Shown here in pieces: positions 1-7,810 of a stretch of DNA of 58,229 nucleotides; within the stretch, counting starts at the first letter, position 1; each line of letters opens with the position of its first letter. The notes below the pieces were generated by a model. That model made no database searches. It saw nothing but the letters and a program-made list of their open reading frames with translations, and was not told the DNA's origin. This DNA comes from a candidate division WOR-3 bacterium (GTDB lineage Bacteria > Hydrothermota > Tepidihabitantia > Tepidihabitantales > Tepidihabitantaceae), in NCBI GenBank assembly GCA_026397595.1, contig JAPLUO010000292.1, forward strand, positions 1 through 58,229. The letters are read 5' to 3'. The position numbers were made by a program, and so were the translations under genes.

Positions 1-67
1 CCGCCCAGCCCTGAATCAGAACCTGCTCAATCGTCGCCTCGAAATCGCGCTCGGAGATGTCAGGCAT
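1..67 (-). CDS. hsdR: 5' end of probable type I restriction enzyme R subunit (runs off the window)
   Basis: ATG at 67 reads MPDISERDFEATIEQVLIQGWA, resembling the N-terminus of the second HsdR (MATDTSEKGLESLI); follows hsdM-hsdS in the same orientation. Confidence 0.6.
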   Translation of the reverse strand, partial: MPDISERDFEATIEQVLIQGWA

Positions 68-76
68 GCGTCACGC

Positions 77-712
77 CTATGCCTGGTTTGGCCATTCCCG
101 GTCCGAATGAACAAATGCCGGGTTGTTCACAATGTACTGCCGAATCCGGTCCAATTCCGCATCGGTGCGGACGATGTGTTCGTGGTAATTCCGTTGCCAC
201 AGACGGCGGTCGAACGCCGGCCAACCGTGATCACGGACGCCGGCGCGATAACGCGCCGTGGTGAACGATTTGAACCGGTGAACCGCATCCGGCAACGTCA
301 ACCGTCGCGCCCCCGTAGGGGCAACCCACTGCGGTTGCCCGTCATCCCGTGGTTGCCCGTCATCCTGCGGTTGCCCATCGTTCCCGTCGCGAACCACGCA
401 CGGGCAGGCGCGGGGGCCTGCCCCTACCGATTCGTCGTCCGTCAATATGATGATGCCGTGGACGTGGTCCGGCATCACCACGAACGCGTCAACATCAACG
501 CCGGGATAATGGGACGGCAATCCATCCCACGCATCATGCACCATTCGACCCGCATCGTTCATCCGCATCGTGCCGTCGGCAATCACACCGAACCGGTTCG
601 CCCGGTCCTGCGCACAGATGGTCACGAAATACGCCCCGGCCTGACCGTAATCATATCCAGACAGCCGGATGGAACGTCGGTCGTGCGCGACGATCGCGCT
701 CGGTTCGGTCAT
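77..712 (-). mobile_element. REP-associated tyrosine (Y1/HUH) transposase, RAYT-like
   Basis: RRSIRLSGYDY..GAYFVTIC N-terminus, HUH motif MPDHVHGII, C-terminal LWQRNYHEHIVR and YIVNNP; ATG overlaps the hsdS stop. Confidence 0.85.
315..427. repeat. Inverted pair of GTAG-hairpin REP-like units inside the RAYT gene, with 18-bp tandem partial copies between them
   Basis: GTAG-GGGCAACC-cactgc-GGTTGCCC at 315-340; reverse-strand GTAG-GGGCAGGC-ccccgc-GCCTGCCC at 402-427. Confidence 0.7.
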
Positions 713-1980
713 GCGACGTCTCTCACATCAATCTTCCCGGTCACGGCGGCGGAGATGAGGGCCGTGCGGTATTCCTTCAGCAGTTCGACGCTCCGGCGCA
801 CCTTCTCCACCATCACATCAATCCTCTGCGCCTCCCGGGTGAGGAACGCGGCAATGGAACGCTGCTCCTCAGGCTGCGGCAGCGCGAGTGGTATGCGACC
901 CAAGATACCCGTGTTCAGATTGTCCATTGTGGCACCGACGGACTCCAGCGAAAGCCAGTCCGCAACGCCCTTCGTGGAGAGGAGAATCGCACAGAACTGC
1001 GGGTCCGCTCTCCGTTGGTTAAGTCGAACACGCAGACTTCCAGTTCCGCAAAGCCAGCCTTCCTCTGCCTTTGTGACCAACGCACATCTGCCCAGTTCGC
1101 CCCTCCGCGCAAACAACACATCGCCCTGTTGCAGTTCGTGGCGCGCCAATCTGCGTGCGGTCTCCACGTCAACGGCACAGGCGCTGTCTGGGCATATCCG
1201 CCCGCGCTGGATGTTTGCGGGGTTGACAACCGGCGTACCCTCTGGTGTGTATTCGTCGCTATGCAACTGACTGCCAAAGGGCCCGGTCTGAAGGGAATGC
1301 GCTATGTCTCGGACTCGTAGGACCTCCCAATGTTCCGGTATCCTCCCCAGCCATTCGACGCCGGAGTCTTTCAGGCGGACGTTGGGCTCGAGGCCTTTGG
1401 TGACGGCGTGGCTGATGAGCGCGGTGCGTTGCTCCCGCAGTAGTTCAACCAGCCGTTCCTTCTTCTCCACCAGCGCATCAATCCGCTGCGTCTCCCGGTC
1501 CAGAAACGCGGCGATGGCACGCTGCTCTGCTGCATCTACAGCCGGCAGCCAGTGCGAATAGACGAAGTCCCGGCTCAGCCCTGGGACTGCGCTGTCCTCG
1601 GAGAACTCGTCCAAGCGTAGTAATGGCAGTGCGTACGAAAGCCACCGCACATCGACACTGCTGGTCCGCCTGTCTACAAAGTACGTCGTGTCGATGGCGA
1701 AGCACGGTACGTCCGAGTAGTTGATCTTGCCGTAAGACCCTTTGCGCCCGATGACCAGCGCAGGTGCGAGCGTGTTGGCGACCGTGTGCCGACCGACCTC
1801 GCCATTGGAGCCGAACACGGGGACCTCGCTTCCTTCACGGGCAGCGTCAGGCAGCGAGTCGCCGTAGGCCAAACGGGCAACGTGTTTCAGTCTCTTCACT
1901 TCCCATTTCACCGGTATCTTCCCCAGCCATTCGACGCCGGAGTCTTTGTAGGACGGGTAGGGGCGGAAGCGGGAGGTCAA
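709..1980 (-). CDS. hsdS: Type I R-M specificity subunit S
   Basis: Two TRDs with repeated conserved blocks (YKDSGVEWLG, EQRAIAAFLDRET, LKEYRTALISAAVTGKIDVR); likely TTG start at 1980 overlapping the upstream stop, rather than the ORF-track start at 2253. Confidence 0.92.
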   Translation of the reverse strand: MTSRFRPYPSYKDSGVEWLGKIPVKWEVKRLKHVARLAYGDSLPDAAREGSEVPVFGSNGEVGRHTVANTLAPALVIGRKGSYGKINYSDVPCFAIDTTYFVDRRTSSVDVRWLSYALPLLRLDEFSEDSAVPGLSRDFVYSHWLPAVDAAEQRAIAAFLDRETQRIDALVEKKERLVELLREQRTALISHAVTKGLEPNVRLKDSGVEWLGRIPEHWEVLRVRDIAHSLQTGPFGSQLHSDEYTPEGTPVVNPANIQRGRICPDSACAVDVETARRLARHELQQGDVLFARRGELGRCALVTKAEEGWLCGTGSLRVRLNQRRADPQFCAILLSTKGVADWLSLESVGATMDNLNTGILGRIPLALPQPEEQRSIAAFLTREAQRIDVMVEKVRRSVELLKEYRTALISAAVTGKIDVRDVA

Positions 1981-2552
1981 GCTGGCTTTGCTCCCCTTGG
2001 CGACTTGGCTCGCTCTGCCAACCGCGCCCTGGTCATGCGCTCGCGCAGACCGCCCTCTTCGACAAACGCCTTCTCTAGTTGACGTATCTGCTGGTCGAGG
2101 AGGTAGCACGCCACCTTGATAAGCCCGATGATGACGTTCGCGGCGATGGCGGGGTCCGCGTGCTCCAGCCCGGCCTTGAACGTGTCGTAGTTCGCACCCG
2201 GCGTGCGAACGAGTTCTCTTAGTCGCCGAGCGCGCGGGTCCTCTTTGGTCCATTCCTTGAACCCTCGCACCCGCAGGTAGTCGCCGTAGTCGGCCAGCAG
2301 TTCCTCCAGGCTCGCCCGGGCGACGTTCGTCAGTTTGATTTCCGTTTCCTTAGACGTGCCGGACGCCATGCTGCCTTCAATGATGTTCTGCTTGCCCGAA
2401 CGCGCCGCCTGTATCATCTGGTCAACTGTGCGGTCGCGGCGGTCCATGAACCGGTTGCAGAACCGAACCGTGGCGTCGTACACAACTTCGGCCCGCTGGT
2501 AGGAAAGCAGCTTGCGATAGCCGCCATGTGCGGGAATGAAGCGCTCGGTCAA
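1977..2552 (-). CDS. Four-helix-bundle (23S rRNA IVP/Avd-like) protein with suffix domain
   Basis: GGYRKLLSYQ, DQMIQAARSGKQNIIEG, ARASLEELLADY, EEGGLRERMTRAR; probable TTG start at 2552. Confidence 0.85.
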   Translation of the reverse strand: MTERFIPAHGGYRKLLSYQRAEVVYDATVRFCNRFMDRRDRTVDQMIQAARSGKQNIIEGSMASGTSKETEIKLTNVARASLEELLADYGDYLRVRGFKEWTKEDPRARRLRELVRTPGANYDTFKAGLEHADPAIAANVIIGLIKVACYLLDQQIRQLEKAFVEEGGLRERMTRARLAERAKSPRGAKPA

Positions 2553-2564
2553 AGGCCGGGTCTC

Positions 2565-2662
2565 CAAGGCACAGACCAAAGGGACGAGAGGGACCAACGT
2601 GACGGCGCGTGAACCGTCGCACCCGGATTGTCCTTTGTGTCCCTTTCGTCGCTCATGTCCCA
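2565..2662. repeat. Inverted 9-bp tandem repeat element
   Basis: AAAGGGAC-like units facing GTCCTTT/GTCCC units between hsdM and the four-helix-bundle gene. Confidence 0.55.
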
Positions 2663-4704
2663 CCTGACCTTTCGCCGAGCATCTCCGCAATCTCCGTCTC
2701 CACTTTCTCTATATCGGCCTCGATGTCATCCAGCGGCCTTGGCGGGACGTACTTGTAGAAGTAGCGGTTGAAGTTGACCTCGTACCCGACCTTGCCGACT
2801 TCGCCGTCCTTCTCGTCGCGGACCTGCGTGTTGACCCACGCATCCGGCACGTGCGGCTCGACTTCGCGCTTGAAGTAGGAGTTGATGTCCTCGCCGAGCG
2901 GGACGTTCTCGTAGTCGCGGAGTTCCGAGTCAGGCTCGGGGTTGCCGTCTTTGTCGAGGCAGATTTCGGCCTCTTCATCGCGCTCGGACAGGGCGCTCAG
3001 GACTGCCTTGCGCACCGGCGCGGCGAGGCTGATCTCGGCTTTCTCTTCGGCCTCGTCCAGCGCGGCAAGGAACCGGACTCGGTCTTTGTACAACCTCTTG
3101 GGCATCGTCTCAAACATGGCGCGAATCGCCTGCTGAAGCTTGCGGCCTTCCTTTTCCTCGGCCGCCTTTGCCGTCTTGTCCTTCTTCTTGCTCTCGGCCA
3201 GCTTGCGGAACGCGGACTCATCTTCGAGCCGCTTGATACGCTCAGGGCTGGCCTGGAAGTTGAGACGGAGGGGTCGTTCGATTGTCACCTTGCGGTAGCC
3301 GAACGCTTCGGACGGGAACAGCTTGCAGCGCTCGCTCTCGGTGGACGCGGTGTACAGGTCCACAATCTGCTGCGCCTGTTCTGTGGTTATCATCCGGCGC
3401 TTGTCGCCGAGGCTCTTGCGCATCGGAATCCAGATGTCAGTCGCGTTGATGAGCTGCACCTTGCCCCGGCGCTTCTCCGGCTTGCGGTTGGAGAGCACCC
3501 AGACATAGGTCGCTATACCGGTGTTGTAGAACATCTGCTCGGGCAGGGCGACCAGCGCTTCCAGCCAGTCGTTCTCCAGTATCCAGCGCCGGATTTCACT
3601 CTCGCCCGAGCCGGCATCGCCGGTGAAGAACGGCGAGCCATTCATGATAATGCAGACGCGCGAGCCGCCGTCCTCCTTACTCTTCATCCGGCCAAGCATG
3701 TGCTGAAGGAAAAGCAGTTGTCCGTCCGAGATACGCGGCAGACCGGCGTAGAACCGTCCGCGCTCGCCCCGGTCGTATTCGGCACGTACCGCCTCTTCGT
3801 CTCTCTTCCAGTCGTAGCCGTAAGGCGGATTGGCGAGCATGTAGTCGAACCGCTTGCCCGAATGGCCGTCAGCCGAAAGCGTGCTGCCCTGAATGATGTT
3901 GTCCGCGTCGCGGCCGTCCGGGTTCATCATTAGGAGGTCGGCGACGCACACCGCCCACGTCTCTTCGTTCAGTTCCTGGCCGAATAGATGAACATCTGCG
4001 GTCGGGTTGTCCGCGAGGATGCGCGACTTGGCCACGGTGAGCATGCCACCGGTGCCGGGGCAGGGGTCGTAGAGCATGGGGGCGAAGTGCTCCTGTGCCA
4101 GCCGCCGCTTGTCCGGCGCGAGCAGGAGCCCGGCCATCAGGCTGACTACGTCGCGGGGCGTGAAGTGTTCGCCCGGGTTCTCGTCCAGCGCCTCGTTGAA
4201 CTTGCGGATAAGCTCTTCGAAGACCGAGCCCATCGTGTGGTTGTCCACCGTACTCGGGTGCAGGTCAATGTTCTTGAACCGCTCCATGACCATGTAGAGC
4301 AGGTTGTGCTTCTCCAGCGTCTTGATAGTCTCCTCAAACCTGAAGCGCTCCAGGGCGGTGCGCATGTTCTCGGAGAAGCCGTTGATGTAGGCCATCAGGT
4401 TCGTGGCGAGATTGCCGGCGTCGCCGAGCAGGGTCTCGAAGTCGTAGCGGGACGTGTTGTAGAACGAGAATCCGGAGGCGCGGCGGAGTTGCGGACCAAC
4501 GTCTTTGAGTCTGCCTTTGAGTTCGGCGTTTCGCTGCAGGACCTTCTGCTTGGTGGGTGCGAGCACGCAGTCAACGCGGCGCAGGACCGTGAAGGGCAGA
4601 ATTACGTCCTGGTACTTGCCGCGCCTGAACGGCCCGCGCAGCAGGTCCGCGATGCTCCAGATAAAGCTGGCTATCTCGCTGAAGTTGTTCATTCTGGCTG
4701 ACAT
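2653..4704 (-). CDS. hsdM: Type I R-M methyltransferase subunit M
   Basis: FIWSIADLLRG N-terminal domain, GEHFTPR, motif I DPCPGTGG, motif IV NPPY, FYNTGIATY; start may be the ATG at 4692. Confidence 0.95.
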   Translation of the reverse strand: MSARMNNFSEIASFIWSIADLLRGPFRRGKYQDVILPFTVLRRVDCVLAPTKQKVLQRNAELKGRLKDVGPQLRRASGFSFYNTSRYDFETLLGDAGNLATNLMAYINGFSENMRTALERFRFEETIKTLEKHNLLYMVMERFKNIDLHPSTVDNHTMGSVFEELIRKFNEALDENPGEHFTPRDVVSLMAGLLLAPDKRRLAQEHFAPMLYDPCPGTGGMLTVAKSRILADNPTADVHLFGQELNEETWAVCVADLLMMNPDGRDADNIIQGSTLSADGHSGKRFDYMLANPPYGYDWKRDEEAVRAEYDRGERGRFYAGLPRISDGQLLFLQHMLGRMKSKEDGGSRVCIIMNGSPFFTGDAGSGESEIRRWILENDWLEALVALPEQMFYNTGIATYVWVLSNRKPEKRRGKVQLINATDIWIPMRKSLGDKRRMITTEQAQQIVDLYTASTESERCKLFPSEAFGYRKVTIERPLRLNFQASPERIKRLEDESAFRKLAESKKKDKTAKAAEEKEGRKLQQAIRAMFETMPKRLYKDRVRFLAALDEAEEKAEISLAAPVRKAVLSALSERDEEAEICLDKDGNPEPDSELRDYENVPLGEDINSYFKREVEPHVPDAWVNTQVRDEKDGEVGKVGYEVNFNRYFYKYVPPRPLDDIEADIEKVETEIAEMLGERSGGT

Positions 4705-4744
4705 CCTCCAAGACTTACGTTACAGGCTCGGTCTAGCACGCCGG

Positions 4745-4773
4745 AGGTTAGCCGGAAAACGGTTCGGAGTCAA
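4745..4773 (-). promoter_or_regulatory. Sigma70-type promoter for R-M operon 1
   Basis: TTGACT-17 bp-TAACCT. Confidence 0.55.
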
Positions 4774-4915
4774 GCCGGCGCGGGCGCATCGGGGATTTCC
4801 GATTGACGATTGGCGAGTGACGATTGCCGGGCCCGGTTCGAATGGCGAAGGACGAATGACGGACGGCGGTCAGCGGCTGCGGGTCAGCGGCCGTAGCGGG
4901 CGCGGGCGCGGATAG

Positions 4916-4943
4916 TTGACAAAGCGAAGTTCAGCCCTACGCT
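4916..4943 (+). promoter_or_regulatory. Sigma70-type promoter for tldD
   Basis: TTGACA-16 bp-TACGCT. Confidence 0.5.
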
Positions 4944-4984
4944 TTTGAGGCTGAGAAGTTACTGATACCTGACCCGGAGTTGCC

Positions 4985-6358
4985 ATGGAGAGTCGAAAGC
5001 CTTTTCTTGCGGAGATTCTGAGCGGCGTGGCGAGCGACTACGCCGACATCCGGCTTGAGGAGTCCGAGCAGGCCCGGATTGTTTACCGTGGCCGCGACCT
5101 GGACGAAATCGGCCGGGCGTTTGAGCGGGGCGGTTGCATCCGTGTGTTCCACCACGGCAACTGGGGCTCAGCTAGCTTCAACAAGGTTGACGGCAGCCTG
5201 AAGGAACTGGCCCGGGACGTGGCCGCGCAGGTGGAGCGGATGCCGTCGCGGCCGGAAACCTTGGGCAAAATGGCGTCGTCCACTGTTGCCGTGACCGTTC
5301 CCGAAGACGAGGACCCGCGCAAAGTCCCGCTGGCCGACAAGCATGCTTTGATTCGCCGCTACAATGATATCCTGCTCAAGACTGCCGGCATCACGACGAC
5401 GCTGTCGATGTACCACGACGTGTTTCGCAAGACCTCGTTCCTGTCCACCGAGGACCGTTTCATCACGCAGGATTCGGTCTACACCGGCTTCATGTGCCGC
5501 GCCGTGGCGCGCGACGGTTCAAATGTCCAGAATTACTCCGATTCTTTCGGCAAGACCCAGGGGTTTGCGTCGCTTCAGAACCGGGAGCCGTTGGTGGAGC
5601 GAATCGGCAAAGTCGCGCTCGACCTGTTGAAAGCCGAGCCGGTGCAGGCCGGCAAGTACGACGTCGTCATCGACCCGCTGCTGGCCGGGGTCTTTGCCCA
5701 CGAGGCATTCGGTCACCTGAGCGAGGCCGACTTTCTGTCGGGGAATGAACGGCTGCTGGAGTTGATGAAGGTCGGAACGCGCTACGGGGTTGACGAGCTG
5801 ACGATAGTCGACGATGGGACGATGCCGGGCGAGCGCGGGAGCTACCGGTTTGATGACGAAGGTACGGAGTCCGCGCGCACGGAGTTGATTAAGGAGGGCG
5901 TCATTGCCGGGCACCTGCACGACCGGCAGAGCGCCCGGCGAATGGGCGAGGCGCCGACCGGGAACGCCCGCGCCGTTTCGTACCGGTTCTCGCCGATCGT
6001 CCGGATGAGCAATACTTTCATCGAGCCGCGTTCGGCGAACATCGAGGACATGATGGATTCGCTGGAGCACGGTCTTTACGTTTGCGGGTCCCGGGGCGGA
6101 ATGACCGAACTCGAATCGTTCACGTTTGCGTCCGAGTACGCGTGGCTGGTCGAGCATGGCCGGAAGACGAAGTTGGTGCGCGACGTGACGCTCTCCGGCA
6201 ACGTCTTTGAGACCCTGAAGAACATCGACCTTATCGGCGACGACCTCGTCATGTTCGGCGGCCTGGGAGGCTGCGGCAAGGGCGGTCAGTCGCCGCTGCC
6301 GGTCGGGCTCGGCGCTCCGCACGTCCGCATCCGGAACGTCGTTATCGGCGGCCGATAG
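4985..6358 (+). CDS. tldD: TldD family metalloprotease
   Basis: HEAFGH zinc motif, FDDEG, RMSNT, C-terminal GCGKGGQ. Confidence 0.92.
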   Translation: MESRKPFLAEILSGVASDYADIRLEESEQARIVYRGRDLDEIGRAFERGGCIRVFHHGNWGSASFNKVDGSLKELARDVAAQVERMPSRPETLGKMASSTVAVTVPEDEDPRKVPLADKHALIRRYNDILLKTAGITTTLSMYHDVFRKTSFLSTEDRFITQDSVYTGFMCRAVARDGSNVQNYSDSFGKTQGFASLQNREPLVERIGKVALDLLKAEPVQAGKYDVVIDPLLAGVFAHEAFGHLSEADFLSGNERLLELMKVGTRYGVDELTIVDDGTMPGERGSYRFDDEGTESARTELIKEGVIAGHLHDRQSARRMGEAPTGNARAVSYRFSPIVRMSNTFIEPRSANIEDMMDSLEHGLYVCGSRGGMTELESFTFASEYAWLVEHGRKTKLVRDVTLSGNVFETLKNIDLIGDDLVMFGGLGGCGKGGQSPLPVGLGAPHVRIRNVVIGGR

Positions 6359-6380
6359 GAGGGCCACCTGGAACCGGAAT

Positions 6381-6466
6381 TTAACCACAAAGGCACCAAG
6401 AACACCAAGCATACCAGGACACTTCCGGCCGCGGCCGACTTCGTGTCTTCGTGTCTTGGTGGTAAA
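6381..6466. repeat. Inverted 9-bp tandem repeat element
   Basis: ACACCAAG-like units followed by CTT(C/G)GTGT units ending GGTGGTAAA. Confidence 0.65.
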
Positions 6467-6493
6467 CTTCTGTCTCCGGATTCGGAGTCCTGA

Positions 6494-7795
6494 ATGGAAG
6501 ACAAAATCCTCTCGCTGGCGCAGGCACGACACGCACGGGCCGAGGTGTTCAGCGCGGACGTGAACCGCACCGTCGTCGAGTTCCGGGCGAACGAATTCCA
6601 CTCGCAGGAGAGCCGGTTGACTCGCGGTTATGGGCTACGGCTCGTGCGCGATGGCCGGGTCGGGTTCAGCTCGACCACCAACCCGGACGTGCTCGAAGAG
6701 CTGGTCGGGGCTGCGCTCGACACCGCCGCTCTCGGAAAACCGTGTCGGTTCGATTTTCCTGGGCCGGAGCCGAAGCCGGCGGTCACAACTTTCGATAACC
6801 GCGTCATCGTGCTGCCGGCGCTCAAGATGATCGACTGGGGCCGGGAGTTAATTGATGCGGTTCGGGCCCGGGTGCCGGACCTGAAACTGGACGTGACGTT
6901 TACCCGGACCTACCGGGAAACAGTGGTGGTGAACAGCGCGGGGCTGAACGTTCGGTTTTCCCGCTCCGCCTTCGACCTCTCGGTTACCGGGCTGCTGATT
7001 CACGACGGCTTGGTCTGGATACCCGACTACGAGAACCTCTCGTCGGGCGAGCCGCCGGCAATCGGGACGCTGGCCGACCGGATGGAACAGCGGGTTCTTT
7101 CCGCCCGGGCGCGGGCGCGGCTCGCCAGCGGTACATACCCGGTTATTTTCATGCCGACCGCGATACCGGACCTGCTCTATCCAATCGAAGTCGGCGTGAA
7201 CGGCAAGCAACTCGAAAAGGAGACTTCACCGCTTATCGGCAAGACCGGGCAGCGGTTGCTGGACGAGAAGATTACCATCGTCGACAACGGCCTACGCAAC
7301 TTCGGCCTCGCCTCCGGCCCGTTTGACGCGGAGGGCGTGCCGCGGCGTCGGACCGCGGTGTTTGACCGGGGCGTCTTCACCGGGTTTCTCTTCGACCTCG
7401 CGACGGCCGGGGCCTGCGGCGCGAAGACGACCGGATCGGCCGGCCGCGACTATTCGGCCCAGCCGCAGCCCGGCACCAGCAACGTCGAACTGGCGACCGG
7501 TACGGCACGGCTCGAAGAGACTATAAAGGGCGTACGCGATGGACTGCTGGTGTATGATTGCATCGGCGGCGGCCAGTCGAATGTGCTGGCCGGCGACGTC
7601 GCCCTCAACGTCTCGTCCGGCTACCGGATTGAGAACGGCGCGGTCACCGGCCGGGTCAAAGATGCGATGATCGCCGGCAACGTCTACGAGATGCTCCGGA
7701 ACGTTGAGGCGCTGGGCGACACTGAGCGCGACCTCGGCACGTATTTCGTGCCGTTCGTGAAGTTCCCGGGCCTGAAAGTCGCCACGCGCGACTAG
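6494..7795 (+). CDS. pmbA: TldE/PmbA family protein
   Basis: FDAEG, TTGSA, paralogous to TldD but lacks HExxH; adjacent to tldD. Confidence 0.88.
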   Translation: MEDKILSLAQARHARAEVFSADVNRTVVEFRANEFHSQESRLTRGYGLRLVRDGRVGFSSTTNPDVLEELVGAALDTAALGKPCRFDFPGPEPKPAVTTFDNRVIVLPALKMIDWGRELIDAVRARVPDLKLDVTFTRTYRETVVVNSAGLNVRFSRSAFDLSVTGLLIHDGLVWIPDYENLSSGEPPAIGTLADRMEQRVLSARARARLASGTYPVIFMPTAIPDLLYPIEVGVNGKQLEKETSPLIGKTGQRLLDEKITIVDNGLRNFGLASGPFDAEGVPRRRTAVFDRGVFTGFLFDLATAGACGAKTTGSAGRDYSAQPQPGTSNVELATGTARLEETIKGVRDGLLVYDCIGGGQSNVLAGDVALNVSSGYRIENGAVTGRVKDAMIAGNVYEMLRNVEALGDTERDLGTYFVPFVKFPGLKVATRD

Positions 7796-7810
7796 AAAGA
7801 GAGGCAAAGG

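Noticed and set aside
107-1270. Long antisense or shadow ORFs (also 2851-3933, 5519-6601, 8153-9184, 43978-45054, 54010-55962)
   Set aside because: They lie opposite well-supported genes in GC-rich DNA and carry no recognisable motifs
1981-2253. ORF-track N-terminal extensions of hsdS (likewise herA to 43053, hsdR to 37727, darG to 38743)
   Set aside because: They overlap upstream genes and precede the recognisable family N-termini; coupled downstream starts fit better
1977-2552. Avd-like protein suggesting a diversity-generating retroelement
   Set aside because: No reverse transcriptase in the window, and the paralogous repeats examined do not show adenine-specific differences
2653-4704. 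NPPY in both HsdM as a sign of m4C-type two-MTase systems
   Set aside because: Each operon has a single hsdM, and NPPY also occurs in ordinary m6A type I enzymes
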